From NCBI GenBank assembly GCA_965217115.1, contig OZ244239.1:192001-256000 (forward strand): a stretch of DNA of 64,000 nt. The letters are read 5' to 3'. This DNA comes from Bdellovibrionales bacterium (GTDB lineage: Bacteria; Bdellovibrionota; Bdellovibrionia; Bdellovibrionales; CAYMLA01). Positions 8,321 to 17,930 of the stretch are shown piece by piece (position 1 is the stretch's first letter; the number at the start of each line of letters is the position of its first letter). The notes under the pieces are model-generated. The model ran no database searches and was not told the origin of the DNA. It worked only from the letters and a program-made list of their open reading frames with translations. The translations under genes and the position numbers were made by a program.

Positions 8321-8481
8321 TTACTCTTCAAAAGTTCTTAATAACTGTGCTACAGCGTAATTTTTATTCTCGTTTGCGTGCATTAATGCTGTCTCGCCAT
8401 TATCATCTTTAGCCTTCCCATTTGCTCCGCCAACTGCCCGAGAGGCTTTGGGGTTGCCAATGTCCCTTGCCAATTCTCCAT
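8321..8481 (-). pseudogene. Chimeric remnant: 67-bp ogt fragment fused in frame to an ankyrin-repeat C-terminus
   Basis: 8415-8481 equals 11026-11092 (1 mismatch); reads GELARDIGNPKASRAVGGANGK-AKDDNGETALMHANENKNYAVAQLL*; no in-frame start codon at its 5' end. Confidence 0.75.
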
Positions 8482-8494
8482 TTTAAGGAAGTTC

Positions 8495-9454
8495 CTAGTC
8501 ACACATAGCGTTGCTGTAACAAGAGCTTGGGGTTGCAGTTACAGTGAAGGCCAACCTCTCCTGTAGATATTCGGTCCACTTTTTTAATTTATCAGTGAGG
8601 TGAACCAAAACGAGGGGTGCTGAAGAGTCTTCCATGGGGATACTGATCTCCTCTGTTCTTTGCTCACATTTACGATCGCTGTAGGCCCTGTGGTCTACGG
8701 AGTCACTGTGCCAGCCAAAACCTCCAACAGCGGCATTAAATACAAACGACAGAAACTTCACTGCACTCGCGCCCCCGCCAAAGTGGGTATCATAGTCAGT
8801 ATAAGCAAGGTGCCTATACTCAATGCACTTACTGATTCTATGGGTCCCTTTAAAAGAAAATTTCTCTAAAACATCAAGATTTTTTTGAACTTCAGCCACA
8901 TCAACCCTCTTTTGATCCTCTAATAGTTTGGCTGTAGCGAGCATATATTTAACAGCGGCCGAGGCATAAAGTGAAATACTTATTTGATTGCTGTTAATAT
9001 AATTATTAATTCTAGATTTTAATTCGTCACGGTCCTTTTCTATTTGCTGAACAGAGCGCGATGCCTTATCAGGGTTGCTAGCGACAAAGGTTGTTTGAGA
9101 GGTGCTTTTGTGGTGGCCATAGAGACCCGTAAGTAAAGTCGCAAGAAAAGGTAAAGGCTCGAAACCTAGGAGCAACACACCACCCATGGATTTAGAGGTC
9201 GTTTCAGTGATTGTTTCGTGGAAAAGTGTTTCTAGATGAGTCTCTAGGCTCTCTACAAAATCATTGATTTTCAACTCTTGAGCTGAATGTTTCATTAGAG
9301 AGTGGCTGAGTCGTTGGACTGCCCTCCAATCTTGCTGCGCCTCTAAAGAGTTGATCTGTTCAACATATTCCATCAATTCACTGCCATAGGAGAGAGTTAG
9401 GTTTGCGAACAGAAGTGTCACCATGGGTAAAATTATTTTTATAAAGTTCATCAT
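8495..9454 (-). CDS. Secreted hypothetical protein
   Basis: 319-aa ORF, AGGAG RBS, signal peptide. Confidence 0.75.
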   Translation of the reverse strand: MMNFIKIILPMVTLLFANLTLSYGSELMEYVEQINSLEAQQDWRAVQRLSHSLMKHSAQELKINDFVESLETHLETLFHETITETTSKSMGGVLLLGFEPLPFLATLLTGLYGHHKSTSQTTFVASNPDKASRSVQQIEKDRDELKSRINNYINSNQISISLYASAAVKYMLATAKLLEDQKRVDVAEVQKNLDVLEKFSFKGTHRISKCIEYRHLAYTDYDTHFGGGASAVKFLSFVFNAAVGGFGWHSDSVDHRAYSDRKCEQRTEEISIPMEDSSAPLVLVHLTDKLKKWTEYLQERLAFTVTATPSSCYSNAMCD

Positions 9455-9532
9455 TAAATCTCCTTGTTATTGTTTTGCACATCCACGACAAGCAAAATTC
9501 TTTTTAGAATGATTATTTCATTCTCCCTTTAC

Positions 9533-10666
9533 TTAATTCCTAACTGCATTCAGGCATTTCCTTGAGAAAGCGCTTTTGTCATTTGCATAGAAAGGACCTA
9601 AACCGTATTGGCAATCTGCTATGGTGAGTATACTTTTATACTTATTTAGACAAGAAACGGCATGGTCATACATAGCCGATTGATACATACCCCCTTGCAG
9701 ATCTCTGCATGTAAAGTACTTTTTTCTATGTTTTTCTAATCTTCTTTTTCTCCGTTCTGATGGTAGTTGCTTTCTATACTCCTCCGCATCTTTCTTCAAT
9801 TCTTCTGTTTTTATTTTGTGCCGAGCGAGCTTGCCCTCTTTATACTCGCCTAATTTTTCAATATAAGTCTGCTCTGTAAACTTAAGCTCTTTGGTACTCA
9901 CAGCTGTATCTAATAACACTAAATTAAATATATCTGAGTGATCTATGTTCACAACATCGTCATCAAATAATAAAAACGATGCTTTTGTTCCCATAGACTG
10001 CACAAGTTCTTGGTCAACTATGTATATAGGGATGTATTGTGCAGACAATAGCTTTGCTGTTACATTTTTTATAGTAGATGCGTAGATGCTCTCTGAGATT
10101 TTCATTGCTTGCTGAATATAGGCTTTAACATAAAAAGATCTTATTTGTTTAAAGGCGTTTAATAATTCCAAATAATTTCCATGGGCAGATTTTTCAATGG
10201 CGATGATAATTTTGTTTTGTTTGTTCAGACTAAGATCTTGGAATTTTTTTCCTAAATCTTTAATACCCAATACACCTGACACTAAAATAGGTTGGGACAC
10301 TGTTGAGTAGGGGCTCATTCCCGTTTTAGATTTTAAATCTTTTAAAACTGTTTTACTTTTTATTATGGCTTCACCAAACTCTTTCTCTTTAATAAGCCGT
10401 CTAACGGTCTCTAAAGCTTCTTCAAGGGTGTTCCTAAACTCCCCCATCTCAACCTCAGGATAAGAGCTTGGGGCCATCTTTATTCTAGGAACTGGCTTTT
10501 TAGAAGTGTATCTGTCACTGAATATGTCACTAAATATATCGGTTTCACAATCCGAAGGGTCGTAATTTCTTCCTGCCCTGTGGCCATTATCACAGTCAGA
10601 TGCAGAGGATGTTACAGGCATTAAAGCCGCCAAAGCCAGTAGCCCTATAAAAAATATTTTTTCCAT
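9533..10666 (-). CDS. Secreted hypothetical protein
   Basis: 377-aa ORF, AGGAG RBS, signal peptide, Cys-containing C-terminus. Confidence 0.75.
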   Translation of the reverse strand: MEKIFFIGLLALAALMPVTSSASDCDNGHRAGRNYDPSDCETDIFSDIFSDRYTSKKPVPRIKMAPSSYPEVEMGEFRNTLEEALETVRRLIKEKEFGEAIIKSKTVLKDLKSKTGMSPYSTVSQPILVSGVLGIKDLGKKFQDLSLNKQNKIIIAIEKSAHGNYLELLNAFKQIRSFYVKAYIQQAMKISESIYASTIKNVTAKLLSAQYIPIYIVDQELVQSMGTKASFLLFDDDVVNIDHSDIFNLVLLDTAVSTKELKFTEQTYIEKLGEYKEGKLARHKIKTEELKKDAEEYRKQLPSERRKRRLEKHRKKYFTCRDLQGGMYQSAMYDHAVSCLNKYKSILTIADCQYGLGPFYANDKSAFSRKCLNAVRN

Positions 10667-10889
10667 TTTAATCTCCTTAAAATAAGAGGGGTTATTTAGT
10701 CGTTTGAATAATATTTCTTCTTAATACGGTGAGCTATAATCAAGTGCGGAGTATTTTGCAAAGTTCCCATGATACTTCTGTCCGGTCTTTTCTCGAACAG
10801 ATAGAAATTACAAAGGAATTGGATAAATGACAGAAGCTAGCCCAAAGAGGTCAATCTCTCTAAAAAAAAAACCAACAGCCCAGAGTCAT

Positions 10890-11384
10890 CTATAGGGAAT
10901 TCTGATCCCTTGAATTTTCAAAATCCAAGAGGTGAGATTTAATATCGAGCCCACCGGCAAAACCTGTCAGTCCACCGCTAGCCCCAATAACTCTATGGCA
11001 AGGAATTATTATTGAGATGGGGTTTTTCCCATTTGCTCCGCCAACTGCCCGAGAGGCTTTGGGGTTGCCAATGTCCCTTGCCAGTTCTCCATAACTCATG
11101 GTTTTACCAAAAGGAATTTTTTTTAGCTGATTCCAAACCTTCAATTGAAAATCTGTTCCCTTTGGGTCTAAAGGAGTGGAAAACGTCGTCCTTCTCCCAT
11201 TGAAATACTCATTAATTTCAGCTTCTGCTTGGATGAGTATCCTGTTATTAGGGTCACGAGTCTCAAGTTTTACCTGAACTCTATCTAAACTATCACCCTC
11301 CCAAAGTATCCCAGACAATCCTTCACTGCTAGCGATCAAAGTCAGTTCCCCAACAGGCGATTTCATTTTTTTAAAACAGCTCAC
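10890..11384 (-). CDS. ogt: Methylated-DNA--protein-cysteine methyltransferase
   Basis: IPCHRV active site; RAVGGANGKNP. Confidence 0.95.
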   Translation of the reverse strand: MSCFKKMKSPVGELTLIASSEGLSGILWEGDSLDRVQVKLETRDPNNRILIQAEAEINEYFNGRRTTFSTPLDPKGTDFQLKVWNQLKKIPFGKTMSYGELARDIGNPKASRAVGGANGKNPISIIIPCHRVIGASGGLTGFAGGLDIKSHLLDFENSRDQNSL

Positions 11385-11476
11385 AATCCCCGCCCCTTTT
11401 CTTTAGACACTGACTTAATTATCTATTTCTGCTATATTATAGTTATTTAATATTTAAGAATTCAAGGAAATACCGA

Positions 11477-11727
11477 ATGGCGAATATGAAAACAGATGCA
11501 CCAGGAGTTCATATAATTCCTTGTTCTAATTTAAAGGATTTTACGCATCTTATTCCCAAGTAGATGAAATAAATGACCACCAAGATTATATCAATAAATA
11601 CACTCTCCCAATGAGCGAACGAGAAGATATCCTGAAAGAATTAGACAGTATGAACATAAATGCGTTTACGCTCCTTGGAACAGAAGACTCTCTCATGGAA
11701 ACTCTCGCCTTTAGATATTTTACTTAA
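11477..11727 (+). pseudogene. Internally deleted FRG-domain protein remnant
   Basis: C-terminal frame KYTLPMSEREDILKELDSMNINAFTLLGTEDSLMETLA resembles FRG protein tails; short out-of-frame N-terminus at 11477. Confidence 0.55.
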
Positions 11728-11746
11728 ATTCGTGCACACGCTTAAT

Positions 11747-11823
11747 TGGTGGAGGTACAGAGGTCTGGCCTGCGAGCTCAGCGCTCTGGCAGCGTTGAGT
11801 TCTCCCAACGGGGCTACACCCCC
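11747..11823 (-). pseudogene. Degenerate full-length copy of tRNA-Ala (pseudo-tRNA / putative att site)
   Basis: Aligns end to end with 18206-18281; T-loop and D-stem disrupted. Confidence 0.8.
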
Positions 11824-11881
11824 TTAAAATGAAGGTATGGAGGGGTTTAAAGAAAATATTGATTTGCCGTGATTTTCCTTT

Positions 11882-11907
11882 ACAATATAACGATTTCGTT
11901 ATATTGT
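11882..11907. promoter_or_regulatory. Palindromic TA operator
   Basis: ACAATATAACGA-tt-TCGTTATATTGT immediately upstream of the toxin gene. Confidence 0.75.
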
Positions 11908-11914
11908 TATTTTT

Positions 11915-12229
11915 GTGAGTATTGAAATCTTAAACCAAGCAGGTCGAGAGCTGAAAGAATTCCCAAAGAAAACTCTCATCGATGTCTATTCTTTGTTTAA
12001 GGACTTAGAAGATGGCAAGAATCTCTCCATGCCTATTTCAAGGCCCCTCCCCTCCATCGCTAAGGGCCTGCATGAACTGAGATTGAACTACGAAAATAGT
12101 ATCTACAGGGTTTTTTATATCGTTAAAATCAAAGATGTTATTTATGTGATTCATGGAGTTAAGAAGAAAACACGAAAGATCGATAAGAAAACCAAAGACT
12201 TACTTTTAACCAGAATTAGGAGTTTGTAA
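11915..12229 (+). CDS. RelE/ParE-family (HigB-like) toxin
   Basis: GLHELR, YRVFY, HGVKKKT motifs; toxin-first gene order. Confidence 0.85.
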   Translation: MSIEILNQAGRELKEFPKKTLIDVYSLFKDLEDGKNLSMPISRPLPSIAKGLHELRLNYENSIYRVFYIVKIKDVIYVIHGVKKKTRKIDKKTKDLLLTRIRSL

Positions 12230-12382
12230 AAAATGAAAATAGAAACCTATAGATCTATAAAAGATTTCGGTCTTTCTGATATCACACTTAGCTTTAACCA
12301 GAACCAGGAGTTTGTAAAAAATGAAAACAAAAACCTACAAATCAGCAAAAGATTTTGCCAAAGACTTTGGTCTCTCTGACAT
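12205..12382 (+). repeat. About 88-bp diverged tandem duplication of toxin end, RBS and antitoxin start
   Basis: TTTAACCAGAA..AGGAGTTTGTAAAAAATGAAAA occurs twice (ATGs at 12233 and 12321). Confidence 0.75.
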
Positions 12383-12611
12383 TGAAATAGCTCTTATTAA
12401 TGAAAAAAAGAAACTCATCGAGAAGCTTATCGCCGAAAGAGGCAAACTCAAACTCTCCCAAGCTGCCGTTGCAAAACTTATCGCCAGCAAACAACCAGCT
12501 ATTGCTCGTATGGAGTCTGGACAAATCAGTGAGGTTAGTATGGATTTTCTACTAAAAGTAGCCTTTGCCCTGCAAGTTAATATCTCTATGAAACCCAAGA
12601 AGGTCGGCTAG
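12321..12611 (+). CDS. XRE-family HTH antitoxin (HigA-like)
   Basis: LSQAAVAKLIASKQPAIARMESG. Confidence 0.85.
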   Translation: MKTKTYKSAKDFAKDFGLSDIEIALINEKKKLIEKLIAERGKLKLSQAAVAKLIASKQPAIARMESGQISEVSMDFLLKVAFALQVNISMKPKKVG

Positions 12612-12708
12612 GTTTTTTTAAAAAACCAATGCCAGAAAATTGGCCAAGAGATTTACAACAAAATACTTAAATAATAAAACCCAGTTTACTCTGGACCCCA
12701 TGGGGCAA

Positions 12709-13515
12709 TTAAAACTGGTAGCTTAAACCAGCCGCGAGGCTTCTTGTGTCATAGAAAACTTTTTTGTCTGTATAGGAGGCAGTGCCCCAGCTTGGAGACA
12801 ATTCAATGCTGGCAAAATAATTAAAACCCCTCTGTCTATAGGTGGCCACTTCCACTCCTATAACTCCACCAAATAAAGAGGCATCTCTTGTCTCCTCTAT
12901 GGAGGGGTCAGTGTTTGGTGGCAAAAAATCCTTCGAAATTTTAATGTCTCCCTGGAGAAATTGAAAACCTCCATATACAGACCATAAAGGATTCAGTCTA
13001 TAACCCCAAATATTGGCAACAGAAAACCCTTTGCTTTCTATATGAAGATTATACTCATCATCTTTGCAAAGATAAAAAAATCTATCCTCACAGTTTCTAC
13101 CCGTTACGAGTCCAACAAAGGCGCGAAGCCGTACAGAACCACTCCACAATTCATCCTTGCTGTAAATACTGTGCTGGGGCAAACCTAGATATTGATATTT
13201 AAAACCAATGACAGACAACCGTCCCCTTTGTCCCAGGCTACTTAGTCGCTCTAGCTCTAGATCTATAGAATTAGTTAAACCGTATGCAAGCTGAAAACCT
13301 GTCATCCCATTGGTTTCCCCATCATCTTCGGGCTCACTGATGTCTTTGTTCGTAGAAAAAATTGCTGGAGCAGTCCCCAACAACACACTCCCCTGCAAAG
13401 TGCCTTTCTTTAAAGATCGTGAAGAGCCTACCTGATGAACTGGCAATAATGCCGCACATGCAGTTAAAAAATAGCCTGAAAATACAACGAGCAATAACCT
13501 ATTAAACACACTCAT
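12709..13515 (-). CDS. Putative outer-membrane lipoprotein / beta-barrel
   Basis: LTAC lipobox; amphipathic strands; terminal YQF. Confidence 0.6.
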   Translation of the reverse strand: MSVFNRLLLVVFSGYFLTACAALLPVHQVGSSRSLKKGTLQGSVLLGTAPAIFSTNKDISEPEDDGETNGMTGFQLAYGLTNSIDLELERLSSLGQRGRLSVIGFKYQYLGLPQHSIYSKDELWSGSVRLRAFVGLVTGRNCEDRFFYLCKDDEYNLHIESKGFSVANIWGYRLNPLWSVYGGFQFLQGDIKISKDFLPPNTDPSIEETRDASLFGGVIGVEVATYRQRGFNYFASIELSPSWGTASYTDKKVFYDTRSLAAGLSYQF

Positions 13516-13926
13516 ACTCCTTAAAAAAATTTCCCTCCCACTGGGGAGGTTTTGTTTTTAGAGTCAAAGACCAGAGCTGTTTACTCACACAACACGAGTG
13601 CAGTATCAAGAATTATCTAAGGACAGTGTAAAAGATACTACAGCCGTTTGGGTTCCAGGGAGATATCTCTTCAATGCACCCCCTATATTATTATTACTCG
13701 AAGCACAACGGGAAGCATTGGTCGTTGTAAAGGACTCTTCATAGGGTCTTAATTTTTCTTTTACTAAAAATCATCACTGCCCCCTAAATTTTAAAGAGTT
13801 TGGGCTTGTAATTTTTTCTAAATTAGCCAATTCCATTGATTATTTTCTGAGTGAGGTAGAAGTTATTTAATTAAAGAAACTGTGGGCAAAATTCACGGTA
13901 GAACCATTAAATTTCTGAGTGGGTAA

Positions 13927-14487
13927 ATGGATAAAAAATATTTGTCAGAACATTTAATTGGAAACCGTATTTGCCTAAAGAAGCATGATATGTCTTTGAA
14001 CCAGACAATGTTTGATTACGTAGATGAGGATCGTCAAAGACTAGGTCACTTTTTGACATGGGTGAAAGATATTAAGACAGTTGAAGATACAAAAGAATAT
14101 ATTGAGAGCACCCATGGGAGGTGGGATAATTACTCTTACTTCGAATATGGTATCTTTCAAAAAAGTGATGATCTTTATATAGGGAATATTGGGGTTCATG
14201 CCATTAGATGGAGTCATAATTGTGCAGAGTTAGGTTACTGGATTCTTGGCAAATTTGAAGGGCAGGGATACATGTCAGAAGCAGTTATGCTTATTGAAAG
14301 TCACTTGTTTGAGTTAGGGTTTCATAGAGTCCAAATACGTTGCTCTGATTTGAATAGCAGATCAGCAGGAGTTCCGATAAGGTGTGATTACCATTTTGAA
14401 GGCACTGCAAGAGAAGATGCCATTGAAAATGGAAAGTATAGAAATACAAAAACCTTCTCCAAACTTTCGACAGATAAACCTAGATAA
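13927..14487 (+). CDS. RimJ/RimL-family GNAT acetyltransferase
   Basis: AELGYW..EGQGYMSEA, N.RS, EGT.R motifs. Confidence 0.9.
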   Translation: MDKKYLSEHLIGNRICLKKHDMSLNQTMFDYVDEDRQRLGHFLTWVKDIKTVEDTKEYIESTHGRWDNYSYFEYGIFQKSDDLYIGNIGVHAIRWSHNCAELGYWILGKFEGQGYMSEAVMLIESHLFELGFHRVQIRCSDLNSRSAGVPIRCDYHFEGTAREDAIENGKYRNTKTFSKLSTDKPR

Positions 14488-14508
14488 ATAACCAACCTCA
14501 ACTCTAAA

Positions 14509-14544
14509 AAAAAGAGGCTATGATTTAATTTGTAGCCTCTTTTA
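14509..14544. terminator. Bidirectional terminator between convergent genes
   Basis: AAAAAGAGGCTA...TAGCCTCTTTTT. Confidence 0.65.
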
Positions 14545-14594
14545 TTTTTAGACCTCTGGCCTTTGCCCTGAGATGTGATTTTTAGATCTTTCAC

Positions 14595-15323
14595 TCATTT
14601 AATTAACCCTTTTAAGTACATTTTTCTACGGGCTTCAGGGAATTTTTCAATGGAATAGCGTAGCATAGTTCTTGGCATTGTCTGATAGTGCTTTTTTAAA
14701 AACGCTTCAAGCTTTTTTAAATCTTTTTTACCCGCCTCTCTCAACATCCAGCCGACAGCTTTATGGATGAGATCATGTTCATCTTTTAGGAGGACTTTAG
14801 CGATTTTAAAAACATCTTTTAAATCGCCATTACGGACAAACCACCAATTTGTCACCATAGCAATTCTTCTTGTCCATAAATGATCTGATTTTGCCCATTT
14901 GTAGAGAACAGACCGATCTCTATTCATTAGATGTTTACCGATTATGTGGGGGCAGGTGACATCAACGAGGTCCCAACTATTGATGTATTTAAAACTGCTT
15001 AAATACACCTTGTAAACCCTCCCTTGCTCTTTTGAATCCAACGATTCCTTGTACTTGCCTGTTAAAATAATCAACCCTAATAATCTCTCTTCGTGATACT
15101 TTGATTTAATTAATTTTTTTACATCAAGAAGATTTATATCAGTATTGACCTTGGCTAATTCGCGAATGACTGGAGCCCTGACTCCGAGGAAAACATCACC
15201 ATGCCCATATTCACCCTCTCCTGTTTTAAAAAAATAGGCGCTCTGCTCGGCAATTTTTTTATTCGCTAATTTTCGCAATTCATTTTGAATTCTTATCACT
15301 TGATCTCTCAAAGACCACCACAC
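14595..15323 (-). CDS. alkD: DNA alkylation repair glycosylase AlkD family; true start uncertain (possibly GTG near 15299)
   Basis: FFKTG.GEYG.GD.FLGV, NSWDLVD, HKAVGWMLREAGK. Confidence 0.85.
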   Translation of the reverse strand: MWWSLRDQVIRIQNELRKLANKKIAEQSAYFFKTGEGEYGHGDVFLGVRAPVIRELAKVNTDINLLDVKKLIKSKYHEERLLGLIILTGKYKESLDSKEQGRVYKVYLSSFKYINSWDLVDVTCPHIIGKHLMNRDRSVLYKWAKSDHLWTRRIAMVTNWWFVRNGDLKDVFKIAKVLLKDEHDLIHKAVGWMLREAGKKDLKKLEAFLKKHYQTMPRTMLRYSIEKFPEARRKMYLKGLIK

Positions 15324-15531
15324 TCATTACGCCAACGGACAACAGTCTGTGGGATTACTCCTACTTTCTCAGCAGCTTGATCGAGTTTCAGGCCCCCGCC
15401 TTGCTCAATCTCAACTGTCCGTAAATCTTGAATAATCTGCTCTGGGGTAAAACCCTTCCCTGGCATTTTGGCCTCCTTGAGAAGGACCACTTTAACATAG
15501 AAAAATAGCTCTGGTTAGCCCGAGCAGCTCA
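15300..15531 (-). mobile_element. IS3-family (IS407-group-like) left end with truncated orfA
   Basis: MPGKGFTPEQII..L...E...RWRNECGGL; putative IRL TGAGCTGCTCGGG starting at 15531. Confidence 0.75.
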
Positions 15532-15631
15532 CCCTAGAAGAACGACGCTTCCCCCCAATAACAAATTCGTCTAGAGAAAACCCTTCTTCTAGTAAACTGG
15601 CTGATAAATTTAATTTAAACAAAGATTTCAT
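15532..15631 (-). pseudogene. 5' gene fragment interrupted by the IS
   Basis: GGAGG then MKSLFKLNLSASLLEEGFSLDEFVIGGSVVLLG, cut at the IS end. Confidence 0.4.
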
Positions 15632-15830
15632 CGATGGGCCTCCCAAGCGTAAAATTAATTGGCAGGACTCTACCCTCAGAAAGCTTTATTTTTTATCTGA
15701 ATAAGAAAGTGACTAAATACGACAATTCTTTGAAGATAAACTTATCAAAATGGGGCTAACAGCCTTCAGAGAGACGATAAGAGAACCCATAAAAGAAATC
15801 AAGGCTCGTAATTACAGTAGTTTAAGCCTC

Positions 15831-15846
15831 TGGCAAAGATTTTGCT
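15831..15846 (+). promoter_or_regulatory. Putative sigma54 promoter
   Basis: TGGCAAAGATTTTGCT (GG-N10-GC) upstream of 15940. Confidence 0.55.
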
Positions 15847-15939
15847 CTATCTACAACTGAAACACAAAGTTCTTATTTTGAGGGAAGCATGGAGCCAACC
15901 AAGGAAATAGAACGTTACCAATAAAACTGAGGAAAAAAT

Positions 15940-16614
15940 ATGAAAATTATAGCAACGAGAAGGTTTTGGGTTATTGCCTCACTGACAATGTTTGTATCTG
16001 CACATGCTTACACAGCTGAGGAGAAAGTTCATACTTTAGATTCTTTGCCAGAGTGTCTCAGCTTAAACAATACACAAAAATCAACTTTTATAGACCCTCT
16101 TGAGTCAAGGACTGGAATAAAATTAGAGGTTGGTTATAGTTGTAAAGTAGCAACTAAGCTCACTAGAAATTACAGAAATAGAGGAGAAGTTAAGTGGACA
16201 CTCCTTTCTAATAGAGGCGGTGACAAGAAAATATGGGCCGTGGATACTCCTTATTGGGGCAAAATTGTTGTAAATTATGTTGAAGATGGCCTACATACTC
16301 ACGCTGATGCATTAAAAATATGTCATAGAGTAGAGAACCTCAGTATAAATGGGAAAGAAGAAGAAGTTCTTATGATGCTTCCAAAAACAGGCTTTAGATA
16401 CAAGGTGAAGAATAACCCTATAAATTTTGAACTCCTTTACTACTTAAATTACACGAGCATATTTCCACCTTCTTCTCCTTGGCCATTAAAATTCTGGTCA
16501 AACACACATGGTTATATGCACCATATGCGCTTGCTAACTTCCCTTGACGGTAGTACCAGCAGCACTGTTACTAAACACAAAGCCTCTGTTCGCTGCATGG
16601 GTAGAGCGGACTAA
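15940..16614 (+). CDS. Secreted hypothetical protein
   Basis: Signal peptide, RBS; C-terminal FWS...ASVRC. Confidence 0.7.
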   Translation: MKIIATRRFWVIASLTMFVSAHAYTAEEKVHTLDSLPECLSLNNTQKSTFIDPLESRTGIKLEVGYSCKVATKLTRNYRNRGEVKWTLLSNRGGDKKIWAVDTPYWGKIVVNYVEDGLHTHADALKICHRVENLSINGKEEEVLMMLPKTGFRYKVKNNPINFELLYYLNYTSIFPPSSPWPLKFWSNTHGYMHHMRLLTSLDGSTSSTVTKHKASVRCMGRAD

Positions 16615-16987
16615 ATTTTAGTATCAGTGACAGAAAGGCGAAACAATATCGATGATACCAGTTTGAATAAAATTATTTTACACCCCGGTTCTCCATTTCT
16701 CCTAAGATACCAAGAGATACTATGCTCCTGTCACCCCCTACGGTTTTAAAAAAATAAATAATCACCTTGTCCCCTACCCTAAGCAAATCAAAATTTACCC
16801 ATGGTTGTTTCTTTTATTAATAATGACAGCCTCCCCTATCGGGCCACAGGTAAGAAACTAGAAGAGAGAGGAGTTAAGAACAGGAAAGGGACTGTTGCGT
16901 AGGGGCATGCTGTGATTTTATCTATTTATAAGAGGTGGAATACAAAGATATAGGAGCTTTCTTTATAGCTATGAATCCCAAACGACG

Positions 16988-17015
16988 ATGGGCTGCGTAT
17001 TTCTACGCAGCCCAT
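16988..17015. terminator. Perfect 12-bp hairpin, probable terminator
   Basis: ATGGGCTGCGTA-tttc-TACGCAGCCCAT between convergent genes. Confidence 0.6.
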
Positions 17016-17107
17016 TTTAAAACTCTAAATTTTTCGATTTCTAATTCGTCTCAGAACCTAGACTTTTTGACTGATCCCCTATGTTTATACAGTGGGCTCA
17101 GTTCATT

Positions 17108-17755
17108 TTATTCAATAATTCTTCTAGCCCAAGCAAAGTTTTTCTCTCTCCACTCCTGTAAGGGATGGGTTTGGACTCCTCCGCGAGAAGAATCAATGAC
17201 TATCCCTTCTTCAAGATAAATCATAACATGAGAGATTTTCGTTCGGTCTTTGTTCCAAAAAAATAATAAGTCACCTTTTCGCAAATGTTCAGTTGTTGCT
17301 AGAATCCTCCCTGCTGTTTGAGACTGGTTTATAACATTTGAATTAATGTAGATACCAAGGCCATAGTTATAGACCCAAGAAGTAAAGTTAGAACAATCTA
17401 ATCCCCCTAGTGATGGTATATGTCTATGCCTATAAGGCAAACCAATATATTTTTTGGCTACAAGATCAATTCTATGAAGTTTCCAAGAAACTGAATTATA
17501 AATAGGTGGAATATTTGGTTTGTGGAATTGAATAGGCCATGGCCCCCATTGGCTCCAATGCTCAGACCATGTGTTTGTCTTCTCTAAGGTTTCTGGCATA
17601 GAATCTCTGTGAACAAAGTCTTCTACCAAAGACGCATCAAACGCTGCTCTATTGAAGAAAAGTTGCGAACATTGATTTTTTTGTGCAATAGCTGTAAATG
17701 AAAAACAAAATATTGAAAGTACAAATAATCTAAACATGATGATAGTAACCTCCAA
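17108..17755 (-). CDS. NlpC/P60 (C40) peptidase
   Basis: GLDCSNFTSWVY, GDLLFF, SHVMIY; signal peptide. Confidence 0.9.
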   Translation of the reverse strand: MEVTIIMFRLFVLSIFCFSFTAIAQKNQCSQLFFNRAAFDASLVEDFVHRDSMPETLEKTNTWSEHWSQWGPWPIQFHKPNIPPIYNSVSWKLHRIDLVAKKYIGLPYRHRHIPSLGGLDCSNFTSWVYNYGLGIYINSNVINQSQTAGRILATTEHLRKGDLLFFWNKDRTKISHVMIYLEEGIVIDSSRGGVQTHPLQEWREKNFAWARRIIE

Positions 17756-17930
17756 ATATTCATAAACAAGAGGGCGTAGATTAAAAAGAATGGTTTATTT
17801 ATTCGATTTATTTTGAATTCCTGAGCGATTATAACAGGCCTTAGTGTCTCTGAGGGGAAAAATAGGTGCCATTGTAATTTTTCCACGATTTTTAAAGTTT
17901 GCTTTTAAAAGCGAGCTTTCTCGAATGTAA

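Noticed and set aside
11747..11823. Functional second tRNA with a changed (GCC) anticodon
   Set aside because: No TTCG T-loop, broken D-stem and an expanded anticodon loop.
13560..13745. Possible gene remnant between the OMP and GNAT genes
   Set aside because: Short open frames exist on both strands, but I recognise no motif.
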